Assembly (NCBI GenBank): GCA_964634225.1
Contig: CAZWIB010000002.1
Coordinates: forward strand, 1-39,369
Direction: 5' to 3'
DNA: 39,369 bases
Origin: Candidatus Woesearchaeota archaeon
Lineage (GTDB): Archaea; Nanobdellota; Nanobdellia; Pacearchaeales; GW2011-AR1
Shown: positions 8,200 through 16,699 of the stretch, in pieces
How the letters are laid out: each line of letters begins with the position of its first letter
Position numbering within the stretch: the first letter of the stretch is position 1
The notes under the pieces: model-generated
Seen by the model: only the letters and a program-made list of their open reading frames with translations
Databases searched by the model: none
Told to the model about the DNA's origin: nothing
Translations under genes and position numbers: made by a program

Positions 8200-9399
8200 A
8201 TGAAAATTCCTAAAAAAAAGGTGAAAGCTTATGCTTTGAAAAATGCTATTGCATACAAAGGAAAAGCAAACCAGGGAGCAGTAATTTCTGCTTTATTCAA
8301 TGAAGGTTTGAAAAAAGATCAGGTTAAAGAATATATAAAAATAATTTCTGAGACTCTGAAAGAAGTTAATTCTCTTTCCTTAAAAGAACAAGAAAAAGAA
8401 TTTGAAAAATTAAAAAATGTTATTTCTAAAAGAAAAGAAAGAGAAGGATTACAAGACCTACCAAATGTTGAAAAGTCAGGAGTTATAATGAGATTTGCTC
8501 CTTCCCCTTCAGGGGCATTACATATTGGCCATGCTATGACTGCTTGCCTATCTTTTGATTATGTTATGAAATACGGGGGAAAATTTATTGTTAGAATAGA
8601 AGATACTAATCCTGAAAATATTTATCCTAAAGCATACAAATTAATTGAAAAAGATTCTAAATGGTTATTTAATGGAAAAGCAAAGATTATAATTCAATCA
8701 GATAGAATGGAATTATATTACAAATATGCTAAAAAATTAATCAAAGATGGCCATGCTTATGTTTGTACTTGTTCTGCTGATAAGTTTAGAGAATATTCAA
8801 AGAAAAGAAAAAATTGCCCTTGTAGAAATTTTAATCCAAAGGAGAATAAAGAAAGATGGGAAAACATGTTTGATGAGGAAATGTTCAAATCAGGTGAAGC
8901 AGTTTTAAGATTTAAATCAGATATGACTAATTCTAATCCTGCAATGAGGGATTTTCCTTTAGCTAGAATTAATGATACTGAACATCCAAGACAAAAAAAC
9001 AAATATCGAGTTTGGCCTCTAATGAATTTATCTGTTACAGTGGATGATATTGAAATGAAGATGACCCATATAATAAGAGCAAAAGAACATATAGATAATG
9101 CTAAAAGACAAGAAATGATTTTTAAGACTCTTGGTAAGAAATTTCCTTGGACCGGATTTTTAGGAAGATATCACTTTAGTGATTTAGAGTTATCTGCTTC
9201 AAAAATTACTCAAGATATTGAAAAAGGAAAATATTCTGGGTGGGATGATCCTAAACTTCCAACAGTGGCCGCTTTAAAGAAAAAAGGATATAAGCCAGAA
9301 GCGTTTTGGAAATTTGCAGAACATAGAGGTTTAAGTGAAGTTGATAAAACAATAGATCAAAAAGAATTCTTTAGATTATTGGATATGTTCAATAAGTAA
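8200..9399 (+). CDS. gltX: Glutamyl-tRNA synthetase, archaeal/eukaryal type, catalytic core only (399 aa; lacks the C-terminal anticodon-binding beta-barrels)
   Basis: RFAPSPSGALHIGHA (HIGH), IVRIEDTNP, Cys cluster CTCSADKF...CPCR, LELSASKI (KMSKS position) and GWDDPKLPTVAALKKKGYKPEAFWKF are all in GluRS/GlnRS order. The N-terminal YALKNAIAYKGKANQGAVISAL region is typical of archaeal GluRS. The ORF ends with TAA at 9397-9399, and stops in all frames follow. Confidence 0.85.
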   Translation: MKIPKKKVKAYALKNAIAYKGKANQGAVISALFNEGLKKDQVKEYIKIISETLKEVNSLSLKEQEKEFEKLKNVISKRKEREGLQDLPNVEKSGVIMRFAPSPSGALHIGHAMTACLSFDYVMKYGGKFIVRIEDTNPENIYPKAYKLIEKDSKWLFNGKAKIIIQSDRMELYYKYAKKLIKDGHAYVCTCSADKFREYSKKRKNCPCRNFNPKENKERWENMFDEEMFKSGEAVLRFKSDMTNSNPAMRDFPLARINDTEHPRQKNKYRVWPLMNLSVTVDDIEMKMTHIIRAKEHIDNAKRQEMIFKTLGKKFPWTGFLGRYHFSDLELSASKITQDIEKGKYSGWDDPKLPTVAALKKKGYKPEAFWKFAEHRGLSEVDKTIDQKEFFRLLDMFNK

Positions 9400-9458
9400 C
9401 TATTTAATAATGACTATAGAATAGAAAAGTTTAAAAAGGAGAAAATGATAACTATATC

Positions 9459-9932
9459 ATGGAAAACAAAAAAGGAATGTCAGCAATCGTTGCAACATTA
9501 GTTATAATTCTTTTAGCGATAGTAGCTTTCGGTATTGTATCAGTTGTTGTTAAACAAACTGTTTCAAAAGGTGCTGAAGGTATTGAATTATCAAGTAAAT
9601 GTTTAGATATTGAAATACATGCTTCAAAAGTAGTTCCTTCATTAGATAATGATGGAAACGCTATTTTAGGAACATATGATGTTACACTTACAAGAAGTGC
9701 AGCAGGAGACTTTCCTATTGATGGTGTTGATTTAGTCTTTACTGATGCAGAAGATGAAAACAGTGTAAGAAAAGACAGAATAAAAGAAAACATTCAACCT
9801 TTTGACAAGTTCACAGAACAAGTAGAACTAAACGAATTTGTTCCAGCTAAAGTTACAGTAGTTCCATTCTTTAAGACAAAAGATGGAAGCTTACACTATT
9901 GTGATAATTCACAAACTTTTGTAATTCAATAA
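9459..9932 (+). CDS. Archaeal type IV pilin-like protein (class III signal peptide)
   Basis: MENKKG|MSAIVATLVIILLAIVAFGIV matches the [KR]-G-x prepilin peptidase site followed by a hydrophobic helix. The TATA-like tttaaaaa sits about 25 nt upstream, consistent with a near-leaderless start. Confidence 0.7.
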   Translation: MENKKGMSAIVATLVIILLAIVAFGIVSVVVKQTVSKGAEGIELSSKCLDIEIHASKVVPSLDNDGNAILGTYDVTLTRSAAGDFPIDGVDLVFTDAEDENSVRKDRIKENIQPFDKFTEQVELNEFVPAKVTVVPFFKTKDGSLHYCDNSQTFVIQ

Positions 9933-9937
9933 TTCTT

Positions 9938-11152
9938 TTAATTTTTCTTTATTAAATAAACTTCATCATTCTTTCTAACTTTTGGAAGTTTTAATCCTAC
10001 TTCACTCCCTTTTTTTCCTTTTTGGACAGACTTATTCTTTATTTCTAAATGCTTAATTTCTAATTTCTTTAAACCAGTTGTTTTACCAATAACAACTACC
10101 TTATCTCCAATTTTTAATTCCGATACTAATTTTATTGTTCCAACTTTAATCTTAGGATAATAATGCGTAACCTTTCCAACAAAATGTTTCTTTTCACTTG
10201 CAGCACTATGTTCTGTTTTTGAAAAATCATCTGATGTCGGAGAACCTAAATAAAATCCCGATGAAAATCCTTTATTATAAACTTTTTTTAATTCTTCTAA
10301 AGAATCTTTAATCTCTTGTTTAGATAATTTTTTATCTAAAGCCTTTCTATAAACTCTAACAATTGTATCAACATAACGTGGATCTCTGTTCCTTCCTTCA
10401 ATCTTAAAAGAAACAATTCCTGCTTTTTTTAATTTCTCAATAAAAGGTAAAGTGCACAAATCTTTTGCAGATAAAACTTTATCATTCTGAACCTCTAATT
10501 CATATCCTTCTTGTTTGTCTCGTATGACACATTTGGCATGCGATGCCTGAACTGGTTCAGAGTTTTTTACAACATAACTTCTTCTACATGGATGTATACA
10601 TTTACCCCTATTTGCTGATCTATTAAATAAAAATTGGCTCATGATACATCTTCCAGAAATAGCTAAACACATTGCACCATGAACAAAAGTTTCAACATCA
10701 ATTACTTTTGAAATCTTTTTAATTTGTTTTAAATTTAATTCTCTTGCTAAAACAATTCTTTCTGCTCCAAGTTTTTTATAAAACTTAGCTGCTTCAACAT
10801 TTGAAACAGAAGCTTGAGTTGAAATATGAAAAGGAATTTTATATTTTCTACATAGATTAATTACAGATAAATCCCAACAAATAATTGCATCAACTTTTCC
10901 TTTTACTTTTTTAAAAACTTTTTCTAGTTTTTTAAGTTCTTCATTATAAATTATTGAATTTAAAGTTAGATACATCTTTGCTTTACCACAGATATCTCTT
11001 ATTTTAGGAATATCTGAAACTTTGAAGTTTCTTGCAGAATTTCTCATATTAAATTCTTGCAATCCAAAGTAAACTGCATCTGCTCCAGCATCAATAGCTA
11101 CTTTAAGATTGGTAAAATTCCCTACAGGTGCTAACAATTCGTATTTTGTCAT
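9938..11152 (-). CDS. Peptidase U32 family protein
   Basis: ELLAPVGNFTNLKVAIDAGADAVYFG N-terminus and ETFVHGAMCLAISGRCIMSQF are characteristic U32 motifs; 404 aa. Confidence 0.85.
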   Translation of the reverse strand: MTKYELLAPVGNFTNLKVAIDAGADAVYFGLQEFNMRNSARNFKVSDIPKIRDICGKAKMYLTLNSIIYNEELKKLEKVFKKVKGKVDAIICWDLSVINLCRKYKIPFHISTQASVSNVEAAKFYKKLGAERIVLARELNLKQIKKISKVIDVETFVHGAMCLAISGRCIMSQFLFNRSANRGKCIHPCRRSYVVKNSEPVQASHAKCVIRDKQEGYELEVQNDKVLSAKDLCTLPFIEKLKKAGIVSFKIEGRNRDPRYVDTIVRVYRKALDKKLSKQEIKDSLEELKKVYNKGFSSGFYLGSPTSDDFSKTEHSAASEKKHFVGKVTHYYPKIKVGTIKLVSELKIGDKVVVIGKTTGLKKLEIKHLEIKNKSVQKGKKGSEVGLKLPKVRKNDEVYLIKKN

Positions 11153-11185
11153 GATTTTTAGTAAGAAAAATAGTATATTAAATTA

Positions 11186-11527
11186 TCACTTATCTGCTTT
11201 TGTTAGTGAATAATCCGCTTCAAAATCACCACCAATTGGTTCTCCAGCTTTTGATGGAGTACTTCCATATAAAACATTATTCATTGCTTTATGAGAAAAC
11301 ATAGATCTATTTTCTTGATTAACAGAAAATCTAGAAAAATCTTCTGCAATATCTCTATCACTAACACAATCTGAAAGATTATTATTTCTACTAGGTGAAT
11401 CATCATAAGCCATTTCTCCATTATTTTGTATTGGTTTAATATTTGTTGAATAAAATCCAGCCCCCTTAATTGGGTTTAAAATAATTTCAAAATCTTCTGA
11501 AGTTCCATTTAAATTTGCTTTTTTCAT
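11186..11527 (-). CDS. Hypothetical protein (113 aa)
   Basis: ORF track only. Polar, no TM, no motif recognised. Confidence 0.4.
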   Translation of the reverse strand: MKKANLNGTSEDFEIILNPIKGAGFYSTNIKPIQNNGEMAYDDSPSRNNNLSDCVSDRDIAEDFSRFSVNQENRSMFSHKAMNNVLYGSTPSKAGEPIGGDFEADYSLTKADK

Positions 11528-11738
11528 AATTCTTATTAATAAATCTACTTTATAAATCTTTCCCCTGTTGTTACTTAAAAATAGTTAAAAATAGACATAT
11601 TTAGTTAAGTTTAAAAACTAACTTCCATATTTATTTTCATGACAGCTAAAATATGGGGTTGTCCCCATCATCAATAGAGAATTGAATTTTTCTAGCTGTG
11701 CTAATATTTTTATACCTTTTTTCCCTAAATTAAATTAT

Positions 11739-11810
11739 GGTGGTTGTAGTATAACGGTAGTACGTACGGTTGTGGTCCGTGAAGAGAGGGTTCGATTCCC
11801 TCCTTCCACC
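11739..11810 (+). tRNA. tRNA-His (anticodon GUG) with genomically encoded G-1
   Basis: Hand fold: G-1 | GTGGTTG | TA | GTAT-AACGGTA-GTAC | G | TACGG-TTGTGGT-CCGTG | AAGA | GAGGG-TTCGATT-CCCTC | CTTCCAC | C73. Anticodon loop is UU-GUG-GU. G-1 can pair with C73. No encoded CCA. Confidence 0.85.
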
Positions 11811-11814
11811 CTTT

Positions 11815-11839
11815 ATGCGAAGCGTATCATCGCGAGCAT
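11815..11839 (+). promoter_or_regulatory. Imperfect GC-rich palindrome in the 44-nt spacer between tRNA-His and hisS
   Basis: ATGCGAAGCGTATCATCGCGAGCAT: outer ATGC/GCAT plus inner GCG/CGC pairing around a 6-nt loop. It stands out against the AT-rich surroundings. Function unknown. Confidence 0.25.
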
Positions 11840-11854
11840 TAAAAAGAGAATAAA

Positions 11855-13066
11855 ATGAAAACAGATTTAATAAGACAAAAATCAAAGATTTTAGCTAACT
11901 CGCCTAAATTGAAATTTAGTCAAGTTAAAGGCTTCAAAGATTATTCAGGAGAAGATGCTAAAAAAAGAGCAGAGATTAAAAAAATCTTAGTTGAAACTTT
12001 TGAAAAATACGGATTTGAACCAGCTGAGACACCTTTAATTGAATATGAAGAATTTGTAAAAGGAAATAATTCTCAAGATGAAGCTATCTCTGACATCTTT
12101 AAACTAAAAGACAAAGGAAAAAGAAAACTTGCCCTAAGATATGAATTCACATTTCAATTAAAAAGATTAATGCAAAACAGAAAACTTCCATTCAAAAGAT
12201 ATCAAATTGGTCCTGTATTTAGAGATGAACCCGTTTCTTCAAATAGATTCAGACAATTTACACAATGTGATATAGACATAATTGGTTCAACAATTAAAGA
12301 TGATGCTGAAATCTTAGCTCTAACAAAAGAAGTTTTAGACAAATTAGGAATTAAATTTACAATTTATTTTAATAATAGAAAATTACTAAATGAAATTTTA
12401 GGAGAAATAAAAGAAAAAGATAAAGTTATCAGAGAACTCGATAAGTTAGACAAACTCTCTGAAAAAGAAGTTAAGATTAATTTAAAAAAATACAAAGCTG
12501 AAAAAGTTCTTGATATTTTAAAGAAAAAAGATTTTACAAAATACAAAGCATATTCTGAAATTAAAGAACTTGAAAAAGCTCTTAAGATGTATGGAATCAA
12601 AGCAGAATTTTCTCCTTCATTAGCAAGAGGACTTTCATATTACAATGGAACAATCTTTGAAGTTAAAGCTGGAATCAAAGATACAATTACTGCTGGTGGA
12701 GCTTATGAATTTAATAAAACACAATGTACAGGAATCTCTTTTGGTTTAGAAAGATTAAGTTCTTTAGCAAAAATTAAACCTGAACAAGAAAAATATTTAG
12801 TAGTATCTTTAAATCAAGACAGCCAGAAATCAAAGATTTCTAACCCTGCTTCTATGAAAAATCAGGAAGAAGCAATTAAATTAGCAAACAAATTAAGAAA
12901 AGATAAAATTGTTTCAATATTTTATGGTAAACCTTCAAAAGCTTTAGATTATGCTAATTCATATGATTATAATAAAGTAATATTTGTTGGTGAAAAAGAA
13001 GTTAAAGCTAAAAAATTCAAAATAAAAGATATGAAAACTGGGAAAGAAAAACCACTAACCAGATAA
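11855..13066 (+). CDS. hisS: Histidyl-tRNA synthetase
   Basis: Class II motifs: RYEFTFQLKR, FRDEPVSSNRFRQFTQCD (motif 2) and GGAYEF...GISFGLERL (motif 3); 403 aa. Confidence 0.9.
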   Translation: MKTDLIRQKSKILANSPKLKFSQVKGFKDYSGEDAKKRAEIKKILVETFEKYGFEPAETPLIEYEEFVKGNNSQDEAISDIFKLKDKGKRKLALRYEFTFQLKRLMQNRKLPFKRYQIGPVFRDEPVSSNRFRQFTQCDIDIIGSTIKDDAEILALTKEVLDKLGIKFTIYFNNRKLLNEILGEIKEKDKVIRELDKLDKLSEKEVKINLKKYKAEKVLDILKKKDFTKYKAYSEIKELEKALKMYGIKAEFSPSLARGLSYYNGTIFEVKAGIKDTITAGGAYEFNKTQCTGISFGLERLSSLAKIKPEQEKYLVVSLNQDSQKSKISNPASMKNQEEAIKLANKLRKDKIVSIFYGKPSKALDYANSYDYNKVIFVGEKEVKAKKFKIKDMKTGKEKPLTR

Positions 13067-13252
13067 TCCACCAAGATCTTCAACTTCCAAGGCATTGAGA
13101 TCTGCTTCTAAATTATCAATATCGCCTTGTGTAACACCACCAACATCTTTGCCTTTTGATGTTGAAGAATTTTCCTTAGAAGCTAAACCTATTACTAAAA
13201 TTAAAGCTAAAAGAATTATTATTAAAGTCCAAACAAGTGTTTTAGTTTTCAT
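13055..13252 (-). CDS. Small membrane-anchored protein with an acidic tail (65 aa)
   Basis: ORF track. TM helix LVWTLIIILLALILVIGLA. Its ATG overlaps the stop of the upstream gene by 4 nt. Confidence 0.45.
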   Translation of the reverse strand: MKTKTLVWTLIIILLALILVIGLASKENSSTSKGKDVGGVTQGDIDNLEADLNALEVEDLGGLSG

Positions 13253-14031
13253 TGTTGTGTTAAAATCATCTGGTATGATTCCCTTAAGTTTTTAGCTGAA
13301 ACAATTAAATTAGTTTTAGCGGCTTTTAAATAACTATTTGCTTCATGAAATTTAAGAACCGGAGTTCCAGGATAGGTAATTTGTTGATAAGTTATGTCAG
13401 CACTATTAATATTTTCTCTTGCAGTTGTAAGTTCTGCTTTGGCTGTATCAAGTTTTGCAATTATATCTTCATTATTGTCTATGTCTTGAGCAATATCTCT
13501 TAATTTTTCTTCATATTCTGCAATCTTATCTGCTTTTAAATTTGCAATATGAACCCACATACTTCCACTATTTCTTGCAACATCCGCTGATAATTCAAAA
13601 TATTTTCCAACCATTGTTAAGAAAACAACTCCCATTTCTAATCTAGTTTGAATGCCATCAACTTCTGTTCTTAAATCATCTATTTTGTCAATATTTGCTT
13701 CAACATCTTGTTCAATTTGATCTTGAATATCATTTGGAACTTCTGGATTTTCTTGTGCTTCTAATTTTTTCCAAATTAACCATGCCTCCACTTCATCTAA
13801 TGCGGCATGCATTGCCGTTTTTCCTGTATTAATAACGGCTTGTTCATTTGAAACACTTTTATCTTCAGCATAATCAAGTTTTGCATCTCTATGATCTCCT
13901 TGAGCTTGTTGACTTGCCAATCTAGCATCTTTCCAATTATCCCTTGCTTGACTAGCAGTTAAAGCACTTATAGAAACAATTTGTAATAAAATCACAACAA
14001 CAATAAACGTTGCTAGAATTTGTTTTTTCAT
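13249..14031 (-). CDS. Exported helical hypothetical protein (260 aa)
   Basis: ORF track. Signal-like MKKQILATFIVVVILLQIVSISALTA, then long acidic helical segments. Confidence 0.6.
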   Translation of the reverse strand: MKKQILATFIVVVILLQIVSISALTASQARDNWKDARLASQQAQGDHRDAKLDYAEDKSVSNEQAVINTGKTAMHAALDEVEAWLIWKKLEAQENPEVPNDIQDQIEQDVEANIDKIDDLRTEVDGIQTRLEMGVVFLTMVGKYFELSADVARNSGSMWVHIANLKADKIAEYEEKLRDIAQDIDNNEDIIAKLDTAKAELTTARENINSADITYQQITYPGTPVLKFHEANSYLKAAKTNLIVSAKNLRESYQMILTQQ

Positions 14032-14065
14032 ATTCTACTAATAAAAACATAATTTAAATATATTT

Positions 14066-14734
14066 CTATTCAACATCAATTTCCATCTTCCAAGAATGCT
14101 TTCCTGTTGAAGTTATTTTTTTGTCTTTAACTTCTAAAGGTCTCTTAAACAAAGGACAACCAAGAACAAAAGTTTCAAATTCTCCTCCTTCTCCTGCTGG
14201 ATGAATTTTATATTTATTATTTAACTCTATAGCATCTTCAATAAATTTTATATTTATTCGTCTACCAAGCCAAGATTTGTCTAAAGGATAAGCAAAAACT
14301 CCGGTAATAATTACTTTAAATTTATTTTCTATTAATTCATTCAAATATTTAATCTCATCTTTTTGCCATAAAGGATTAATACATTTTAATTTCAATTCAT
14401 CACAAATTTTTTTAATTCTTGACGATTGATACTCGGATTTGATAGCTCCCGTAACAACTCCCTGAATTTTATATTCATCTTTAGCCTTTTTAATAGCTTT
14501 TTTTAAATCTTTTAGTTCTTCTTCTTTTTCACCTTTAGTTTTTTGGATAATTAAAGGAAGTTCCATAACTTCTGCTTGTTTCTTTGTCTTTTCAATTGAA
14601 GGAGTGTGGAACATATAAGATTCGGGATTTTCAGAAAAGATAGAAATAAGACACGCCAACTCATTTTCTTTCTTAGTTAAATAAGCTGAATAAACAGAAT
14701 CCTTTCCTCCCGAAAATAATACTGCAACTTTCAT
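14066..14734 (-). CDS. dph6: Diphthine-ammonia ligase-like PP-loop ATPase (MJ0570 / Dph6 N-terminal domain family)
   Basis: MKVAVLFSGGKDSVYSAY (SGGKDS PP-loop) and PAGEGGEFETFVLGCPLF near the C-terminus; 222 aa. Confidence 0.8.
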   Translation of the reverse strand: MKVAVLFSGGKDSVYSAYLTKKENELACLISIFSENPESYMFHTPSIEKTKKQAEVMELPLIIQKTKGEKEEELKDLKKAIKKAKDEYKIQGVVTGAIKSEYQSSRIKKICDELKLKCINPLWQKDEIKYLNELIENKFKVIITGVFAYPLDKSWLGRRINIKFIEDAIELNNKYKIHPAGEGGEFETFVLGCPLFKRPLEVKDKKITSTGKHSWKMEIDVE

Positions 14735-14751
14735 AAAAATATGATGAAGAA

Positions 14752-15669
14752 TTAGTTTTTAAGAGTGTTGGAAGAGTCTTCCGCTTTTCTTAAATCATCA
14801 TGAGATTTAAAATTAACAATCATGTATTTATTTTCTATAGAAATATAATCTTTAGAGAAAATATATTTATCTACATCTTTTAAAAAATCATCTTCTTTTA
14901 TTGATTTATAATGTTCAATTCCTTCTTTTGTTAAATAAAATTCAGTAATCCCTTTTGCTGAACAAATTTTATTTCTTATATTATAATTTGGAAATTTTAA
15001 AGATTCATAAATCATTGATTTTAGATCATTTATAGAGGGTCTAGCTTCATCAAAATTTGAACTATAAGAAAAAAAATCAAACAAAATTGCTTGTGTACCC
15101 TCATAATTCATGGGCTTTTTATAAGATTTATCTCCTGTAGATTCAATTGGATTTTTCTTAGAATATTCTTTTGGAGGGGAAATAGAATGTCCAATTAGTT
15201 TCTCAAATTTAGTATTGCTTATAGGTTCTATTTTTTCTAGTGCTTTTTTTAGATTTTTAAAAGTAGGGTGGTTGTGATAAATTATTATATTTTTTATTTC
15301 TGGATTCTTTTCTATTTTCTTTTTTAAAAATTTAAGATCCAGAGTGACTGTTGAAGTCATGTGTGCTAGATTAGTTTTGGCCACATTTCTCTTAATTCCA
15401 ATTTCTTGCCATTTTTCAATATCTGGAAAATATGCAAAACATTCTTCGTACGGAGAGGATCTCCCAAATTTCCTCATATCTTCAACGCCAGATTTCTCGT
15501 CTTTATAAGTAACTAAACTAATTAAATCGGAATTATTTAACATAAGTTTCTTTGAAGGAATCTCTAGTTTAGTCTTTTCAGGATTATAATGTTTAGAAAT
15601 AACAGGGCCAACGCTAGCTAACATGGTTGCACCTGCAATAAAAGATAATATTTTTTCAGATTTTTTCAT
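14752..15669 (-). CDS. Signal-anchored hypothetical protein with a possible split RadC-like JAB/MPN motif
   Basis: The ORF track begins at a TTG (15708) that reads through the TATA-like tttataaatg. ATG at 15669 (MKKSEKILSFIAGATMLASVGPV) is preferred. NIIIYHNHPT and, about 80 aa later, RPSINDLKSM resemble the HNHPSG...PSxxD JAB signature. Confidence 0.55.
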   Translation of the reverse strand: MKKSEKILSFIAGATMLASVGPVISKHYNPEKTKLEIPSKKLMLNNSDLISLVTYKDEKSGVEDMRKFGRSSPYEECFAYFPDIEKWQEIGIKRNVAKTNLAHMTSTVTLDLKFLKKKIEKNPEIKNIIIYHNHPTFKNLKKALEKIEPISNTKFEKLIGHSISPPKEYSKKNPIESTGDKSYKKPMNYEGTQAILFDFFSYSSNFDEARPSINDLKSMIYESLKFPNYNIRNKICSAKGITEFYLTKEGIEHYKSIKEDDFLKDVDKYIFSKDYISIENKYMIVNFKSHDDLRKAEDSSNTLKN

Positions 15670-15734
15670 AGGATAAAAAATAAATAGGCATTTATAAATC
15701 TTTCTCAAAGATGTGTCTCAAAAGTGGTAACAAA

Positions 15735-16514
15735 TCACTCTTCTTTTAGATAAGCATAAGGATCACCATTGTGTTTCCAAAAGGTTTTTCTTTCCCAAAC
15801 GTAAATATCTCCAAAATGTCTCTCTTGTTCTAACCAAACTTTATTTTGACTTTCTAAATGTAATAAAGGTAAAAAAGAAAAAACTTTTTCTTCTTTCTTC
15901 TCACCAATTAAATGATTATAATGAATTCTTTTCTCATTTTGATTATTTTTAAAATGATTTGTTAGATTAGAAAAAATACTTTGTATCTTTCCCTTTAAAT
16001 TTATTTTTCTTTTAGGTAATGAAATACCAGATTCTCTAATTGCATTCTTTTTTATTATCTCTTTTTTAATTCTACGATTTTCTGTAGTGACTGCTTTGCT
16101 CAAAGATTCCATTAATTCTTTCAAAGTAACTTTCTTAAAACGTGGCATTGGACTTCTAGGAATTAATTCTGGAATATCTTCATCTAATTCAATTCTCTCT
16201 AACTTTGATTCTGCTGTTTCCTTTTTACCAAACAAAATTTCATCTATACTCTTAATATATCTATTAAGTAAAATCTCTGATTTAATTCTTAATAATAGTG
16301 AAGCAGCCAAAAGCACTTTACTAGAGATAAAAAAATCTGTCTCCTCTAGTTCTTGAACTTTTATAAGGTATTTATCAGTTAGAATTGTTATATTAATATC
16401 CCAAGGATTCAGTTGTTCTGTATTAATTAAGTCATAAATAATCTCTTGCCAGCCAATTTCTCGATTAAACAAGATATCATGGACTTGTTCCTGTTTCACC
16501 CCCACTTTCTGCAT
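15735..16514 (-). CDS. scpA: Segregation and condensation protein A (kleisin)
   Basis: EIIYDLINTEQLNPWDINITILTDKYL matches the ScpA N-terminal signature; 259 aa. Confidence 0.8.
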   Translation of the reverse strand: MQKVGVKQEQVHDILFNREIGWQEIIYDLINTEQLNPWDINITILTDKYLIKVQELEETDFFISSKVLLAASLLLRIKSEILLNRYIKSIDEILFGKKETAESKLERIELDEDIPELIPRSPMPRFKKVTLKELMESLSKAVTTENRRIKKEIIKKNAIRESGISLPKRKINLKGKIQSIFSNLTNHFKNNQNEKRIHYNHLIGEKKEEKVFSFLPLLHLESQNKVWLEQERHFGDIYVWERKTFWKHNGDPYAYLKEE

Positions 16515-16676
16515 AATTTATTAAAGAAAATAGAGTTTAAAACCTTATGTAGTTTACAACTTTCTCTATATGTAGTGTATAACATTACAAAAGATATATT
16601 ACAAAGTAGTGCTATGGAATCACTACTCTAAATTAGGTAAGCCCTGTCATTTTATAAGGGTAACATAATAGAAAGC

Positions 16677-16684
16677 TTTATATA
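16677..16684 (+). promoter_or_regulatory. TATA-box-like element (TTTATATA preceded by purine-rich GAAAGC)
   Basis: Consensus-like archaeal TATA in a 500-nt gap with no annotated plus-strand gene downstream until the 25-codon micro-ORF at 16926. Confidence 0.25.
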
Positions 16685-16699
16685 GTTGGGTTGTCTTAA

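Noticed and set aside
9445-9501. An 18-codon upstream ORF with a good AAGGAG SD, overlapping the pilin start out of frame
   Set aside because: It is very short with no recognisable product. The TATA position fits a near-leaderless pilin transcript that would start downstream of this ATG. Likely chance.
11642-11699. C/D-box sRNA or other RNA in the hairpin region upstream of tRNA-His (ACAGCTA...TAGCTGT enclosing ATGGGG-TTGT-CCCCAT; UGAUGA on the minus strand)
   Set aside because: There is no CUGA D box at a suitable distance and no K-turn arrangement. The region doubles as the divergent promoter for 11186..11527 and the tRNA. The support is too weak to call.
14752-15708. Non-ATG track starts (TTG 15708; GTG 21892, 34662 and 34867; TTG 39352)
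   Set aside because: The extensions read through TATA-like promoter boxes or lack an SD. For 39352, the frame simply continues to the window edge because gyrA is partial. Downstream ATGs were chosen for the other four.
16446-16631. Track ORF 16446..16631 (+), 61 aa
   Set aside because: It overlaps the scpA start region antisense, runs into promoter-like sequence, and has no SD or TATA in an appropriate position.
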